Origin: an uncultured Candidatus Saccharibacteria bacterium
Lineage (GTDB): Bacteria; Patescibacteriota; Minisyncoccia; Phycocordibacterales; UBA9973
NCBI GenBank assembly: GCA_964412965.1
Contig: CAYPQU010000003.1
Span: 2,788-66,787 of the forward strand
Reading direction: 5' to 3'
DNA: 64,000 nt
The notes under the pieces were generated by a model, which saw only the letters and a list, made by a program, of their open reading frames with translations, had not been told where the DNA came from and made no database searches. Shown here one piece after another: positions 9,926 through 20,804 of this stretch. The position numbers were made by a program, and so were the translations under genes. Numbering within the stretch: position 1 is the stretch's first letter; every line of letters starts with the position of its first letter.

Positions 9926-10786
9926 ATGGATATTATCAAATTAAAACCTAGCGAATTTCCTCCTCAATTATTAGAAATTCCACAGCCCCCAAAAAGCTTG
10001 TATCTTAGGGGCAAGTTACCGGATCTTGATTTAAAATACCTCGCAGTGGTGGGTTCTCGTAATTACACTTCTTATGGTAAAGACATTTGTGAAAAATTAA
10101 TAAAAGGACTAAGGGGTTATCCTGTCGTAATTGTCTCGGGTCTAGCTTTAGGTATAGATAGCATAGCTCACAAAACGGCACTTAGTGTTGGATTAAAAAC
10201 TATTGCCTTCCCAGGATCGGGACTAAGCGATAAAGCAATATACCCAAAAACAAATATTTTTCTCGCCAAAGAAATTATTGAAAATGGGGGTTGTTTAATT
10301 TCTGAATTTGAACCAAATTTTATTTCTACCCTGTATTCTTTTCCACAAAGAAACAGGTTAATGGCAGGTATGTGTAGGGCAGTCTTAATAATTGAAGCCG
10401 AGGAAAAATCAGGAACACTCATAACAGCTAGACTAGCGCTTGATTACAACAAAGATGTTTTGGCCGTCCCTGGGTCAGCTTTTTCTTCTAATTCAATTGG
10501 TACAAACTGGCTCATCAAACAAGGTGCCACACCAATAACTTGTAGTGAAGATATACTCGAAGCTCTTGGTTTTACGGTAGAAAAACCAAGGCTTAGCGAC
10601 GAAGAGAAATATGCCGACTGTAGCAAGGAAGAAATAATGGTTATCAACTTATTGCGAGAGCCTAGAGAAAGAGACGACTTAATTCGTGAAATGAAAATGG
10701 ACATTGCCGAAGCCAATGCCCTACTTTCAATCATGGAACTCAAAGAATTAATAAAAGAAGAATTAAGCGAAATCCGAAAAATTTAA
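9926..10786 (+). CDS. dprA: DNA processing protein DprA/Smf
   Basis: LAVVGSRNYTSYG...VVIVSGLALGIDSIAHKTAL Rossmann-like DprA core. Confidence 0.85.
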   Translation: MDIIKLKPSEFPPQLLEIPQPPKSLYLRGKLPDLDLKYLAVVGSRNYTSYGKDICEKLIKGLRGYPVVIVSGLALGIDSIAHKTALSVGLKTIAFPGSGLSDKAIYPKTNIFLAKEIIENGGCLISEFEPNFISTLYSFPQRNRLMAGMCRAVLIIEAEEKSGTLITARLALDYNKDVLAVPGSAFSSNSIGTNWLIKQGATPITCSEDILEALGFTVEKPRLSDEEKYADCSKEEIMVINLLREPRERDDLIREMKMDIAEANALLSIMELKELIKEELSEIRKI

Positions 10787-10865
10787 TAAACAACTCTCGA
10801 GCTTTTATGCACTTGATTTTCTGGTTAATTTGCAAAAAAATCTCCAAGGTGTTACTAATAGTAGC

Positions 10866-13085
10866 ATGACTAAGAAGTTACTTATTGTAGAGTCACCTTC
10901 AAAAGCTAAGACGATAGAAAAATACCTAGACGGAGAATACACAGTTCGAGCTTCTGTTGGACACATCAGAGATTTGCCAAAATCAAACAAAAACGCCATT
11001 AATATAGAAAATGGTTTTGTTCCTAATTATGAAATTTCAAAGGGTAAAGAAAAAGTGGTTTACGAACTAAAAACTCTTGCCGAAAAAGCCGACGAGGTGA
11101 TGCTTGCAACAGACCCTGACCGAGAAGGAGAAGCTATTTCTTGGCACCTAAAAGACATTTTAGATACTGATAAAAAAATTAAAGCTCCAATCAAAAGAGT
11201 AGCCTTTCATGAAATTACAAAAGAAGCTATTATAGAAGCTTTACAAAACCCTCGTGATATTGACTTAAATCTAGTTAAAGCACAGGAAGCAAGACGCGTT
11301 CTCGACAGATTAGTTGGATATGATTTGTCTGGGATAATTTGGAAAAAAGTTAGATATGGTTTGTCCGCGGGAAGAGTTCAATCCCCTGCCCTCCGAATCA
11401 TCATGGAAAGAGAAAGGGAAATTAGAGCTTTTATCCCTGAAAAGTATTGGACAATTGAAGGAATTTTTAATCTAAATAAAAATAAAATTAAACTAACCTG
11501 TACAGAGGAACCTCGAGACGAAAAAATCGTAAAAGAAATCTTATCTCTAGGTCAAAAAGAAAAATGGATTATTACTGACATCAAATCCTCTGAACAAAAG
11601 AGACAGCCTAGACCTCCATTTACCACATCCACTTTGCAACAAACCGCAAGCACTAGACTCGGATTCTCTCCTTCTAGAACAATGCAAATTGCACAAAGAT
11701 TGTACGAAGCTGGTCTTATTACCTACATGCGTACCGACAGTACCAATCTAAGCACACAAGCACAAAATCAAATCATTTCGCTCGTTGAAAAAAAATATGG
11801 AAAAGAATATGCCGAAAAGCATTTCTATAAAGCTAAATCTAAAAATGCCCAGGAAGCTCACGAAGCTATCAGACCTACTCACATTGATAACATGTCAGTC
11901 GGAGCTACCGAAGAACAGAAGAAGCTCTATAGACTTATCTGGGAAAGAGCAGTCTCTTCTCAAATGACAGATGCTAAACTTTTAAAATCAAAAATCGTAG
12001 CCAATATAGAACATGGCCAAATACCTGACTTTACAGCTAATGGATCAAAGATTTTATTCCCCGGATGGCTTGCTTGCGACAGTGACGCAAGCGGTGATGA
12101 TATCATACTTCCTGAAGTAAAAAAGGGGCAGGCAATTGACCTTATTGAAATCAGCGAAAATGAAAAATCTACCGAACCACCAAATAGATACACCGAGGCT
12201 GGACTAGTCAAAGAACTAGAATCTAGAGACATAGGAAGACCTTCGACTTACGCGAGTATCATCAAAACACTAGAAGATAGAGGTTATGTAAGAAAAGAAG
12301 GACGCACTCTTTTCCCTACTGATACCGGAGATGTCGTTTCAAGTTTTCTAGAAAATAATTTCTATAACTATATTAGCGACAATTTTACCGCAGACATGGA
12401 AGACAAGTTAGACGATATCTCCAACGGCAAAAGAGATTACGTGAAAACTTTAAAAGATTTTTATGGACCGTTCTTAAGTGACATCAAAGAGAAAGAGAAA
12501 TTAGCAAAAGCTACTAACATAGAAGACGCACCCGAGAATATTAAATGCCCAAAATGTGGCGGTGACATGACTGTGAAGCTTGCCAGAAACGGCAAATTCT
12601 ATTCATGTAAAAATTATCCTGATTGCAGCGGTGCTCTCACCCTAGACGGCAAAGAACTCGAGGGTCCAAAAGAAACCGGAGAAATGTGTCCAACTTGTGG
12701 AGATAAAAAGGGTAAAAACGGTGGAGGAAAACTAGTTGTCAGAGAAGGTAGGTTTGGTTCGTTTATCTCGTGTTCTCGTTACCCTAAATGTAAATTTATT
12801 AAACAAGATGAAGAAGAATTAAAAAAGAAAATGACTGAAATTACCTGCCCTGTTTGCAATAATGGAAAAATGATGGAGAGACGAGGAAGATTCGGAATTT
12901 TTTATTCATGTAGTAATTATCCTGATTGTAAAAATGCAATTAAAGCAAAACCAACTGGTAATATCTGCCCCTTCTGTGACGCCCTGATGATGAATGGCAC
13001 AAAAACTATTCCCGAAAGATGTAGTAATAACAAGTGTCCAAATCATCGACCAGATAAGCTTGAAAAAGAAAAAAGAAGTTCTTAA
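10866..13085 (+). CDS. topA: DNA topoisomerase I with C-terminal zinc-ribbon repeats
   Basis: MTKKLLIVESPSKAKTIEKYL Toprim start and four CxxC...CxxC zinc ribbons at the C-terminus. The ORF opens at 10830, but 10866 is the likelier start. Confidence 0.95.
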   Translation: MTKKLLIVESPSKAKTIEKYLDGEYTVRASVGHIRDLPKSNKNAINIENGFVPNYEISKGKEKVVYELKTLAEKADEVMLATDPDREGEAISWHLKDILDTDKKIKAPIKRVAFHEITKEAIIEALQNPRDIDLNLVKAQEARRVLDRLVGYDLSGIIWKKVRYGLSAGRVQSPALRIIMEREREIRAFIPEKYWTIEGIFNLNKNKIKLTCTEEPRDEKIVKEILSLGQKEKWIITDIKSSEQKRQPRPPFTTSTLQQTASTRLGFSPSRTMQIAQRLYEAGLITYMRTDSTNLSTQAQNQIISLVEKKYGKEYAEKHFYKAKSKNAQEAHEAIRPTHIDNMSVGATEEQKKLYRLIWERAVSSQMTDAKLLKSKIVANIEHGQIPDFTANGSKILFPGWLACDSDASGDDIILPEVKKGQAIDLIEISENEKSTEPPNRYTEAGLVKELESRDIGRPSTYASIIKTLEDRGYVRKEGRTLFPTDTGDVVSSFLENNFYNYISDNFTADMEDKLDDISNGKRDYVKTLKDFYGPFLSDIKEKEKLAKATNIEDAPENIKCPKCGGDMTVKLARNGKFYSCKNYPDCSGALTLDGKELEGPKETGEMCPTCGDKKGKNGGGKLVVREGRFGSFISCSRYPKCKFIKQDEEELKKKMTEITCPVCNNGKMMERRGRFGIFYSCSNYPDCKNAIKAKPTGNICPFCDALMMNGTKTIPERCSNNKCPNHRPDKLEKEKRSS

Positions 13086-13102
13086 ACTTCTTTAAGAACT
13101 TA

Positions 13103-13196
13103 AGTTTTTGTGAGGCGCAGTGATGTTTGCCGAGCACGGCAAACCACGAGCCGGGGTCGCAAAAATTTCGAGCGACGGCGAGAAATTATTTGTGAC
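13103..13196. repeat. GC-rich ~94-nt insert (E1) flanked by ~102-bp direct duplications of the topA 3' end and terminator (13000-13102 and 13197-13298)
   Basis: The two flanks are identical apart from one mismatch. The insert (cggggtcgc...gcgacggcg...ttgtgacc) resembles the insert at 23645-23732. Confidence 0.6.
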
Positions 13197-13352
13197 CAAA
13201 AACTATTCCCGAAAGATGTAGTAATAACAAGTGTCCAAATCATCGACCAGATAAGCTTAAAAAAGAAAAAAGAAGTTCTTAAACTTCTTTAAGAACTTGA
13301 TAAAAAAAACTCCTAATTTAATACAGAACTTTAGAATAAAATAATAAAGTTT

Positions 13353-14825
13353 TTGAAATACATGATTCCCAAAATGGAAGATCTTTTGTCTATAATAAAA
13401 ATAGAATCAAAAGAAGATGAAAATCTCATAAGAAAATCTTACAATTTAGCTGAAAAAGCTCACGCTGGGCAAAAAAGAAAAAGCGGAGAGCCATACCTAA
13501 CTCACCCAGCTAATGTGGCAAAAATTCTCGCAGAACTCGGTTTGCCTCCGTTGGTGATAGCCACCGGGCTTGTTCACGATGTGCTGGAAGAAACTAAATA
13601 TACAAAAGAAAATATCTCAGAAATGCTAGGAAAAGAAATTGCAGACTTGTCGGAAAAAGTAGTGAGGTTGGGAAATATAAAATACAGAGGAACAGAAAAA
13701 AATATTGAAAACCTAAGAAAATTCTTTATTTATGAAACCGGCGATTTAAGAGCGCTAATTGTTAGACTAGCTGATAGATTACACAACGTTGAAACACTAG
13801 AATATATAGATAAAAACAAACAAAAAAGGATAGCTTTGGAAACACTTGAAATATATGCTAATTTAGCAAACCGACTATCTATGGGTCAATTGAAAAGTCG
13901 ATTAGAGGATGCTTCTTTTAAGTATGCATATCCAGAAGAATATCAAAAGATAAAAGACTCCCTTGATAAAAAGAAAGACGTTGGCAGAGAGCATTTGATC
14001 GAAACCAAATCTAAACTAGAACAGATGATTCGAGAAGCTAAAATAAAGAATTTTACAATAGATTCTCGTCAAAAACATTTATATTCTTTGTGGAACAAAT
14101 TAAATAAATACGACCTTACCATTAATAACATCTATGACATCATTGCAATTAGAGTAATCGTGGAAACAGTAGAAGATTGTTATAAGGTCCTGGGATTAAT
14201 ACACGGACAGTGGAGGCCAATGATGAACAGGATCAGGGATTATATCGCTTCTCCCAAATCAAATGGATATCAAAGTATTCACACAATTATATACACCAAT
14301 TCGGGAGGAATAGTCGAAATACAAATAAGAACAAAGGATATGCATGTCAGAGCCGAAAACGGGATAGCAGCTCATTTCGCCTACAAAGAGAAGGGTGGGG
14401 CTGAAAAATCTTTATTGAAAAATGCGGAGTGGTCTCACCAACTTCATGAACTTAATTTATCAAAAAATTACAGAGAAAATTTTAGTCAAAAAATCGAACT
14501 TGATTTTTTTAAAGATAGAATTTTTATCTTCACTCCAAAAGGAGATATTGTTGATCTTCCAAAAGATTCTTGTGTTATAGATTTTGCATATGCGATCCAC
14601 ACTAGCGTCGGAGATCATGCTCTGAGCGGTGTTGTTAATGGTAAAAACTCGTCTTTAAATACTATATTAAAAACGAACGATATTGTAGAAATTAAAACCA
14701 ACAAGAACGGTAGACCTTCCCGTAAATGGCTAGAGTTTGCTAAAACAAATCTAGCTAAAAAACATATTAATAGCTACTTAAAAGAAAACAGTCTTTTAAA
14801 CAAATATGCTTCTTTTGGTAAATAA
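13353..14825 (+). CDS. rel: Short (p)ppGpp synthetase/hydrolase, RelA/SpoT homolog (HD, synthetase and TGS domains)
   Basis: HD motif region (LVHDVLEET) and RelA/SpoT synthetase core. Confidence 0.85.
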   Translation: MKYMIPKMEDLLSIIKIESKEDENLIRKSYNLAEKAHAGQKRKSGEPYLTHPANVAKILAELGLPPLVIATGLVHDVLEETKYTKENISEMLGKEIADLSEKVVRLGNIKYRGTEKNIENLRKFFIYETGDLRALIVRLADRLHNVETLEYIDKNKQKRIALETLEIYANLANRLSMGQLKSRLEDASFKYAYPEEYQKIKDSLDKKKDVGREHLIETKSKLEQMIREAKIKNFTIDSRQKHLYSLWNKLNKYDLTINNIYDIIAIRVIVETVEDCYKVLGLIHGQWRPMMNRIRDYIASPKSNGYQSIHTIIYTNSGGIVEIQIRTKDMHVRAENGIAAHFAYKEKGGAEKSLLKNAEWSHQLHELNLSKNYRENFSQKIELDFFKDRIFIFTPKGDIVDLPKDSCVIDFAYAIHTSVGDHALSGVVNGKNSSLNTILKTNDIVEIKTNKNGRPSRKWLEFAKTNLAKKHINSYLKENSLLNKYASFGK

Positions 14826-14862
14826 AAACCCACAGTTTAAAACTGTGGGTTTTTATTTAAAT
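14826..14862. terminator. Bidirectional hairpin terminator between rel and parB
   Basis: aacccacagttt aaa actgtgggtt flanked by T/A runs. Confidence 0.6.
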
Positions 14863-15870
14863 TGAGAAATTTTTAATATTATATAAATCAATATCTTCCT
14901 CTGTCTTTTTGACTTCTTCGTCTGTTCTATCGTCTATTAAATGTATATCATCTTCTTCATCTTGTTTTTCTTGTTTCAAAGAATCATTCTTTTCTGTTTG
15001 TGTATTAGAAATAAATTTATCAAGCATTTCTGTCGGGTTACGAATTTCATTATTTTTTATAATTCCTAATATGGTGTATAGATCTTCGTTGGTAAAAAAG
15101 TCGATAGTGATATATCCCCCATTTTCTTTTTTTTCAATATGAACTCTTGTTCCAAGAGATTCCTGCAATTTTTCTTCCATTTCTGCAATCTCTGGGTCTA
15201 TCAAATATTCTTTCTTTCGCACTCTATCATAAGCAATTCTTCGAGCCGCTTTTTCGGCATCTCGGACCGTCATTTTCTTAAAAACAATTTCTTTGAACAA
15301 AACTGTTTGTTCTTCTGGCCTATCTGTCAACATTAAAATCGGCCTTGTATGACCTTCGCTAATTTTTCCTTCTGATAATGCGTCTAATATTTCTTGAGGC
15401 AAAGCGAGGAGACGTAATGTGTTTGAGACATATTCTCGGCTCTTTCCTACTTTTTGCCCGACTTGTGCATGGGTAAATTTAAATTCTTCTACTAACCTCA
15501 TAAAAGCTCTAGCTCTTTCTACTGCATTTAAATCTTCTCTTTGCAAGTTCTCTATTATAGCTAGTTCTAGCTTCGCCATATTGTCATCACCCACCCGGAT
15601 AATCACCGGTATCTCTTTGAGCCCGGCTATTTTAGAAGCTCGCAACCTTCGTTCTCCTGCGATAAGTTCGTATTCTACAGACATTCCTCCGTCCTCTTTT
15701 GTCATTTCTATCCTCGAGACAACCAGGGGTTGCAATACTCCATATTGACGAATTGAATCTGCTAAATCTTTTAAGCGATCCTGATCAAACTCTCGTCGAG
15801 GCTGAAAAGGATTTGGTTTTATTTTTTCTATATCTACCCAAAAAATTGAATTATTATAAAGCTGTGACAT
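14857..15870 (-). CDS. parB: ParB/Spo0J-like partitioning protein with an acidic C-terminal extension
   Basis: ParB box (LIAGERRLRASKIAGL) and an HTH region. Confidence 0.85.
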   Translation of the reverse strand: MSQLYNNSIFWVDIEKIKPNPFQPRREFDQDRLKDLADSIRQYGVLQPLVVSRIEMTKEDGGMSVEYELIAGERRLRASKIAGLKEIPVIIRVGDDNMAKLELAIIENLQREDLNAVERARAFMRLVEEFKFTHAQVGQKVGKSREYVSNTLRLLALPQEILDALSEGKISEGHTRPILMLTDRPEEQTVLFKEIVFKKMTVRDAEKAARRIAYDRVRKKEYLIDPEIAEMEEKLQESLGTRVHIEKKENGGYITIDFFTNEDLYTILGIIKNNEIRNPTEMLDKFISNTQTEKNDSLKQEKQDEEDDIHLIDDRTDEEVKKTEEDIDLYNIKNFSI

Positions 15871-16073
15871 GCTTTTATTTTATCACAATTTAAGACTATT
15901 GAAAAATAAATAATAATTGTGTATACTCGATTAGCAGATAAACAATCTGCTAAAATATGTATTTAAAATATGCGTCGGTGGCCCTAAATGTCTAAAGATA
16001 ACAGGGCGCACAAGTGCAAGGGTAATATTTTCAATATTAGTTTATTTTAAAGTTGGTTAAAGTTTTACAATAT

Positions 16074-16156
16074 GCGTCGGTGGCAGAGTGGTCAATTGCA
16101 TTTGACTGTAAATCAAACGCCTTCGGGCTACGGGGGTTCGAATCCCTCCCGGCGCA
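16074..16156 (+). tRNA. tRNA-Tyr (anticodon GTA), class II long variable arm
   Basis: Acceptor GCGTCGG/CCGGCGC, anticodon loop ctGTAaa, variable hairpin gccttcgggc, T-loop ggttcgaatcc. Confidence 0.8.
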
Positions 16157-16198
16157 CTATATTAAAAAACAAGGACAGTATCCTTGTTTTTTAATATT
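16157..16198. terminator. Bidirectional terminator between tRNA-Tyr and clpB
   Basis: aaaaaacaagga cagtat ccttgtttttt. Confidence 0.55.
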
Positions 16199-18868
16199 TT
16201 ATTTACTCTTAGAAACAACCTTTTTCTTCTTTTTATTTTCTACTGCTATTTCTTTATTTTTAACAAACACCGAAACAGTATCTCCTTTCTTTATTCCTTT
16301 GGTTATGATAAGCATCGCTATTGGATTAAGAATTTTTTCTTGTATCAGGCGAGACAACGGCCTTGCTCCAAAATGAGGATCATATCCTTCCTTAGACAAT
16401 AAATCCAGAGATTCGTTTGTAATATCTATCAAAATTCCTTTTTCTAGCAATCTCTTTTCAATTATTTTAATTTTCAAATCCACTATTTGTCTTATCGCTT
16501 CCTCGTTCAATATATCAAAGACGATAACATCATCAAGTCTGTTTAGGAATTCTGGTTTGAAGAAATCTCGGAGGGCACCCATGACTTTATCTTTGGTTAA
16601 CTCATATTCTTCAGTAGCCTCTTTGTTACTAAAGCCAAATGATTCCATTTTTTGAATCAAGTTAGAGCCAAGGTTAGAGGTTAAAATTATAACAGTGTTT
16701 TTAAAGTTAATTACTCTTCCTTTGCCATCAGTTAACCGTCCATCATCGAGAACTTGCAACAGCACATTTAGCACTTCTGGGTGAGCTTTTTCTACCTCAT
16801 CAAATAATACTACAGAATAAGGTCTGTGTTTTACCGCCTCAGTCAAACTTCCTGATTCGTCATATCCGACGTATCCTGGAGGAGAACCGATGAGCTTAGA
16901 TACGCTATGCCTTTCTCCATATTCACTCATATCTACTCGAATTAGCGCTTTGTCATCATTAAACATAAATTCAGCCAAGGCTTTTGTTAATTCGGTTTTT
17001 CCAACTCCCGTAGGACCTAGGAATATAAATGAACCAATTGGTTTATTAGGATCTCCTATGCCAGCCCTGTTACGTCTCACCACATCAGAAATCTTCTTTA
17101 TAGCTTCATCTTGTCCGATTACCCTCCTGTGTAATTCGTTTTCCATGTGAGCCAATTTTTCCATTTCTTCTTCTAACATTTTTTGCAATGGAATTCCAGT
17201 CCACCTAGAAACAACAGATGCGACATCTTCTTCAGTTATCTCTTCTTTTAAAATCCTTCGAGATTTTTGTAATTTTTTTAGACGAGATAATTTTTGATCT
17301 AATTTATTTTGCAAGTCTGGAATTTGACCATATCGAATTTCTGCGGCCCTGCTTAGATCGGCTCGCATTTCTGCATTTTCAGCTTCTATTCTTAGAGACT
17401 CTAGTTCTTTTTTGATATTTCTTATCTCCGATACGGTTTCTTTTTCGTTTTTCCATTTTAACTCTAACTCGTATGTCTTTTCTTTAAGATTTGCAATCTC
17501 TTTTTCTATATCTTTCAATCGAGATTTTTGTACTTTATAATTACCTCCTCCTTTGTCTCGTTCTATCTCTTTTGTTAAAGCTTGTTTCTCTACTTCGAAG
17601 CGCATTATTTTTCTATCTGTGTCTTCTAGAATTTCAGGTTTATTTTCTAGCGCTAATCGCAACGATGAAGATGCTTCATCAATCAAATCAACCGCTTTAT
17701 CTGGAAGAAATCTGTTTGTTATATATCTTGCACTTAGGTTTACAGCTGAAATTATTGCATCATCCGTTATTCTAATTCCATGAAATAATTCATATTTTTC
17801 TTTTAACCCACGAAGAATGGCAATTGCATCTTCAATGTTTGGTTCATCTATATAAACAGGCTGAAATCTTCTAGCCAAAGCTGGGTCCTTTTCAATATAT
17901 TTCTGATATTCTTTTAACGTGGTTGCACCTATAGCTCGAAGTTCTCCTCTAGCCAATGCGGGCTTTAACATGTTAGACGCATCAAGAGACCCTTCAGACG
18001 AACCCGCGCCGACGATGGTGTGAATCTCGTCGATAAACAAAATGATTTGTCCGCTTGTTTTTTCAATCTCTTTCATTATTCCTCGTAATCTTTCTTCAAA
18101 TTCTCCTCTGTATTTAGTTCCCGACAAAAGAAGGCCTAGGTCCAAAGAAACAACCTCTTTATCTTTTAGGCTTTCTGGCACATCATTTTTTGCAATTCTT
18201 ATCGCCAATGCTTCTGCCACAGCGGTCTTTCCTGTTCCGGCCTCTCCGATAAGTATCGGATTATTTTTAGTTCGCCTAGATAATATTTGCATCATCCGCA
18301 TGATTTCAGTATCTCTACCGATTACAGGGTCGAGTTTGTCTTCTCTTGCAAGCTGGGTGAGATTTCTAGTGAACTTTGCTAAAAGTTTTGGCTTCTTAGA
18401 AATATTCATGTCATTAATATTTTCGTTTCTAAGTTGTTTTAAAACTTCTATGACCTTGTTCTTGTCTATTTTAAATCTTAGAAGTAAATCTCGAGCCTCT
18501 CCGGGGATATCTAGGAGTGAAACGAACAAGTGTTCAGTTGAAACAAATTCATCCTTTAATGAAACAGCAACCTTAGTAGAATTTTCTATTATCTGTGCGA
18601 GGTCTGGCGTAAGATAAATTTGGAAAGATGGAGATATTGTATTTCTACTTTCTGGAGATTCAATCATTTCGATAAGATTATCTGTTAAAAGGATGGTGTC
18701 AATATCCATTTTGTCTAAAATAGAAACTATCAAAGAATTCTCTTGGACCACAAGAGCAGTTAAAAGGTGGAGAGAATTAACATGATTTTGCCCTCTTTCG
18801 ACAGCAAGTTCATGTGATTTCCTAATCACCTCTTTAGCTTTAGTTGTAAAATTATTGAATGGTGGCAT
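16199..18868 (-). CDS. clpB: Chaperone ClpB (two AAA+ modules plus a coiled-coil M-domain)
   Basis: Clp N-domain, two Walker A sites (GEAGTGKT and GPTGVGKT) and a long middle coiled coil. Confidence 0.95.
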   Translation of the reverse strand: MPPFNNFTTKAKEVIRKSHELAVERGQNHVNSLHLLTALVVQENSLIVSILDKMDIDTILLTDNLIEMIESPESRNTISPSFQIYLTPDLAQIIENSTKVAVSLKDEFVSTEHLFVSLLDIPGEARDLLLRFKIDKNKVIEVLKQLRNENINDMNISKKPKLLAKFTRNLTQLAREDKLDPVIGRDTEIMRMMQILSRRTKNNPILIGEAGTGKTAVAEALAIRIAKNDVPESLKDKEVVSLDLGLLLSGTKYRGEFEERLRGIMKEIEKTSGQIILFIDEIHTIVGAGSSEGSLDASNMLKPALARGELRAIGATTLKEYQKYIEKDPALARRFQPVYIDEPNIEDAIAILRGLKEKYELFHGIRITDDAIISAVNLSARYITNRFLPDKAVDLIDEASSSLRLALENKPEILEDTDRKIMRFEVEKQALTKEIERDKGGGNYKVQKSRLKDIEKEIANLKEKTYELELKWKNEKETVSEIRNIKKELESLRIEAENAEMRADLSRAAEIRYGQIPDLQNKLDQKLSRLKKLQKSRRILKEEITEEDVASVVSRWTGIPLQKMLEEEMEKLAHMENELHRRVIGQDEAIKKISDVVRRNRAGIGDPNKPIGSFIFLGPTGVGKTELTKALAEFMFNDDKALIRVDMSEYGERHSVSKLIGSPPGYVGYDESGSLTEAVKHRPYSVVLFDEVEKAHPEVLNVLLQVLDDGRLTDGKGRVINFKNTVIILTSNLGSNLIQKMESFGFSNKEATEEYELTKDKVMGALRDFFKPEFLNRLDDVIVFDILNEEAIRQIVDLKIKIIEKRLLEKGILIDITNESLDLLSKEGYDPHFGARPLSRLIQEKILNPIAMLIITKGIKKGDTVSVFVKNKEIAVENKKKKKVVSKSK

Positions 18869-18966
18869 ATTTTATATTTTTAATTATTTAATATTTGTCT
18901 TTTAAGACAAGTGTCCATAACACAATGTTAAAGCATGCAATTTTTTAATCAAAAAAGATTTTTATC

Positions 18967-19503
18967 TTATTCTGCATTCTGATTCTCTATTTCTTCTATT
19001 TCTTCTTCTAAGACGTCAGGGATTTTTTCTTCTCCTATTTTTAAAATAGTAAAACCATTATCAAAATTTTTTAGTACATAAACACCGTACATTTTTTCGC
19101 CCAAATAAACCTCATATTTTTCTTTTGCTTCAACAGTATTTGAATTTACCAAGACCAATCCTTCGTCTGAAATGATAACACCTTGTCCTATTTCTTTATC
19201 ACCCTCCAAAGAAGGACCATCTTCTGCTGTGACTGTCTCTGTCTTTTTAAAAATTGAAACCAACTGGTTACCGCTATCTATATTGAAAGAATTCTTAGAT
19301 TCATTATTGTGATTTTTTGTCTGTTCTACTGTAGTTACCTTCTCTATTGTTCTCTGAATAACATTATTTATCGTCTGAGGCACAGTAGGTGGCACTTGCT
19401 TCATCAATGAGACTGTAACTATTCCAGTACCAATCGAAACAACAAAAGTGATCAACAGGGTCAACAAAACCAATTGTTTCTTATTTAATTCGTTTATATC
19501 CAT
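18967..19503 (-). CDS. Hypothetical membrane-anchored protein
   Basis: N-terminal TM segment (LVLLTLLITFVVSIGTGIVTV). No recognisable domain. Confidence 0.4.
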   Translation of the reverse strand: MDINELNKKQLVLLTLLITFVVSIGTGIVTVSLMKQVPPTVPQTINNVIQRTIEKVTTVEQTKNHNNESKNSFNIDSGNQLVSIFKKTETVTAEDGPSLEGDKEIGQGVIISDEGLVLVNSNTVEAKEKYEVYLGEKMYGVYVLKNFDNGFTILKIGEEKIPDVLEEEIEEIENQNAE

Positions 19504-19531
19504 ATAATTATATTATATCACAAAAATAGCC

Positions 19532-20779
19532 TTATTTCCAGTCTTTATATTTTAATAAAATTCTTGAAAACCCTGCAATTAATCTATCTATGTCTCTTTT
19601 TTTGGTTTCTCTGCCTAAGGTAATCCTTACTGAACCATAGGTTTGATTACCTTTCTTGTTAATAGCTTTTATAACATAGGAACCATTGTCATCTTCACTC
19701 TTACAAGCACTTTTTTCAGAAACATATATGCCTAGAGCAGATAATTCTATGATAATAAGTTCACTCGTCAGATCTTCGATTGTAATATTTATGTTATTGG
19801 GAAGCCTTTTGTCTAAGTCTCCGTTTAATTTAATATTAAATGGATATTTTTGAGCCAATTCCAAAATTTTTTCAATTCCATAATTTCTCAACTTCTCCAA
19901 CCTAACGTTCTCTCTTTCTTTTATTTTATTAGTTATCTTGAGTGCAAGACTTAAACTTTTGATCAAAGAAACGCTTTCTGTACCTGATCTCAAGCCAAAC
20001 TCTTGTCCTCCACCACCATAGATCATTTCAATATCTATGTTCCTCTTTTTTACTAAAACTCCCACACCCTTAGGCCCGTAAATCTTTGAACTATTAAATG
20101 TCATTAAATCAACCCCAAGCTTGTCTATGTTTTCTGTAAATAAATAATTCATAGCTTGACATGCATCAGAATGAAAAACCGGATAAGTCATATTGTTAAG
20201 TGAAATACAAGTTTTTTCTTTTTTGTATTTTCTGATAATTTTAGCAATTTCCTCTATTGGTTGTATGGTTCCTATTTCGTTATTTGCATACATTATTGAC
20301 ACTAAAATTGTATTTTCTCTTAAAGATTCTTTTAAAATTTTCAAATCTATTATCCCATTTTGAAGGACTGGAACATAAGAAACTTCCACAATCTTTTTAT
20401 TTTCTAAAAGCTTTATGTTCTCTAAAACAGCAGGGTGCTCTATTACAGAAGTAATAACATGTGGCACCTTATCGGGAAAATTAGTTTTAAAAAAATTAAT
20501 TGTTCCCATAACAGCCAGAGCGTCACTTTCTGTTCCACTTCCGGTAAAAATAATCTCATTAGAATGCACATTTAATCTTTTTGCAATTTTAGATCTTGAT
20601 TTATTGATAGTTTCTCTTGTCTCTAAACCTGTTTTGTATATAGAACTAGCGTTAGAATAATATTTTTTTTCATATTTAGTAAGAACTTTTAAAACACGAG
20701 CATCAATGGGGGTTGCGCTTGCATAATCCAAATATACATCTTTTTGTTTCCAAAACTTCATTTTTATATGATACCACAC
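19532..20779 (-). CDS. Cysteine desulfurase family protein (class V aminotransferase fold). The true start is probably 20761.
   Basis: DVYLDYASATP N-terminus and PLP-fold hallmarks (SGTES, HPAVLE). Confidence 0.75.
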   Translation of the reverse strand: MWYHIKMKFWKQKDVYLDYASATPIDARVLKVLTKYEKKYYSNASSIYKTGLETRETINKSRSKIAKRLNVHSNEIIFTGSGTESDALAVMGTINFFKTNFPDKVPHVITSVIEHPAVLENIKLLENKKIVEVSYVPVLQNGIIDLKILKESLRENTILVSIMYANNEIGTIQPIEEIAKIIRKYKKEKTCISLNNMTYPVFHSDACQAMNYLFTENIDKLGVDLMTFNSSKIYGPKGVGVLVKKRNIDIEMIYGGGGQEFGLRSGTESVSLIKSLSLALKITNKIKERENVRLEKLRNYGIEKILELAQKYPFNIKLNGDLDKRLPNNINITIEDLTSELIIIELSALGIYVSEKSACKSEDDNGSYVIKAINKKGNQTYGSVRITLGRETKKRDIDRLIAGFSRILLKYKDWK

Positions 20780-20804
20780 TTATGGGATTGTAAAAAAAGC
20801 TTTA

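Noticed and set aside
13110-13292. 60-aa ORF inside the E1 insert and duplicated topA tail
   Set aside because: It lies entirely within the GC-rich insert plus a repeat copy of the topA 3' end. It has no start context or coding signal.
16890-18617. Antisense ORFs inside clpB, and similar ones inside ileS, argS, glyQS, metG and others
   Set aside because: They are embedded in the opposite strand of well-supported long housekeeping genes and have no independent signals.
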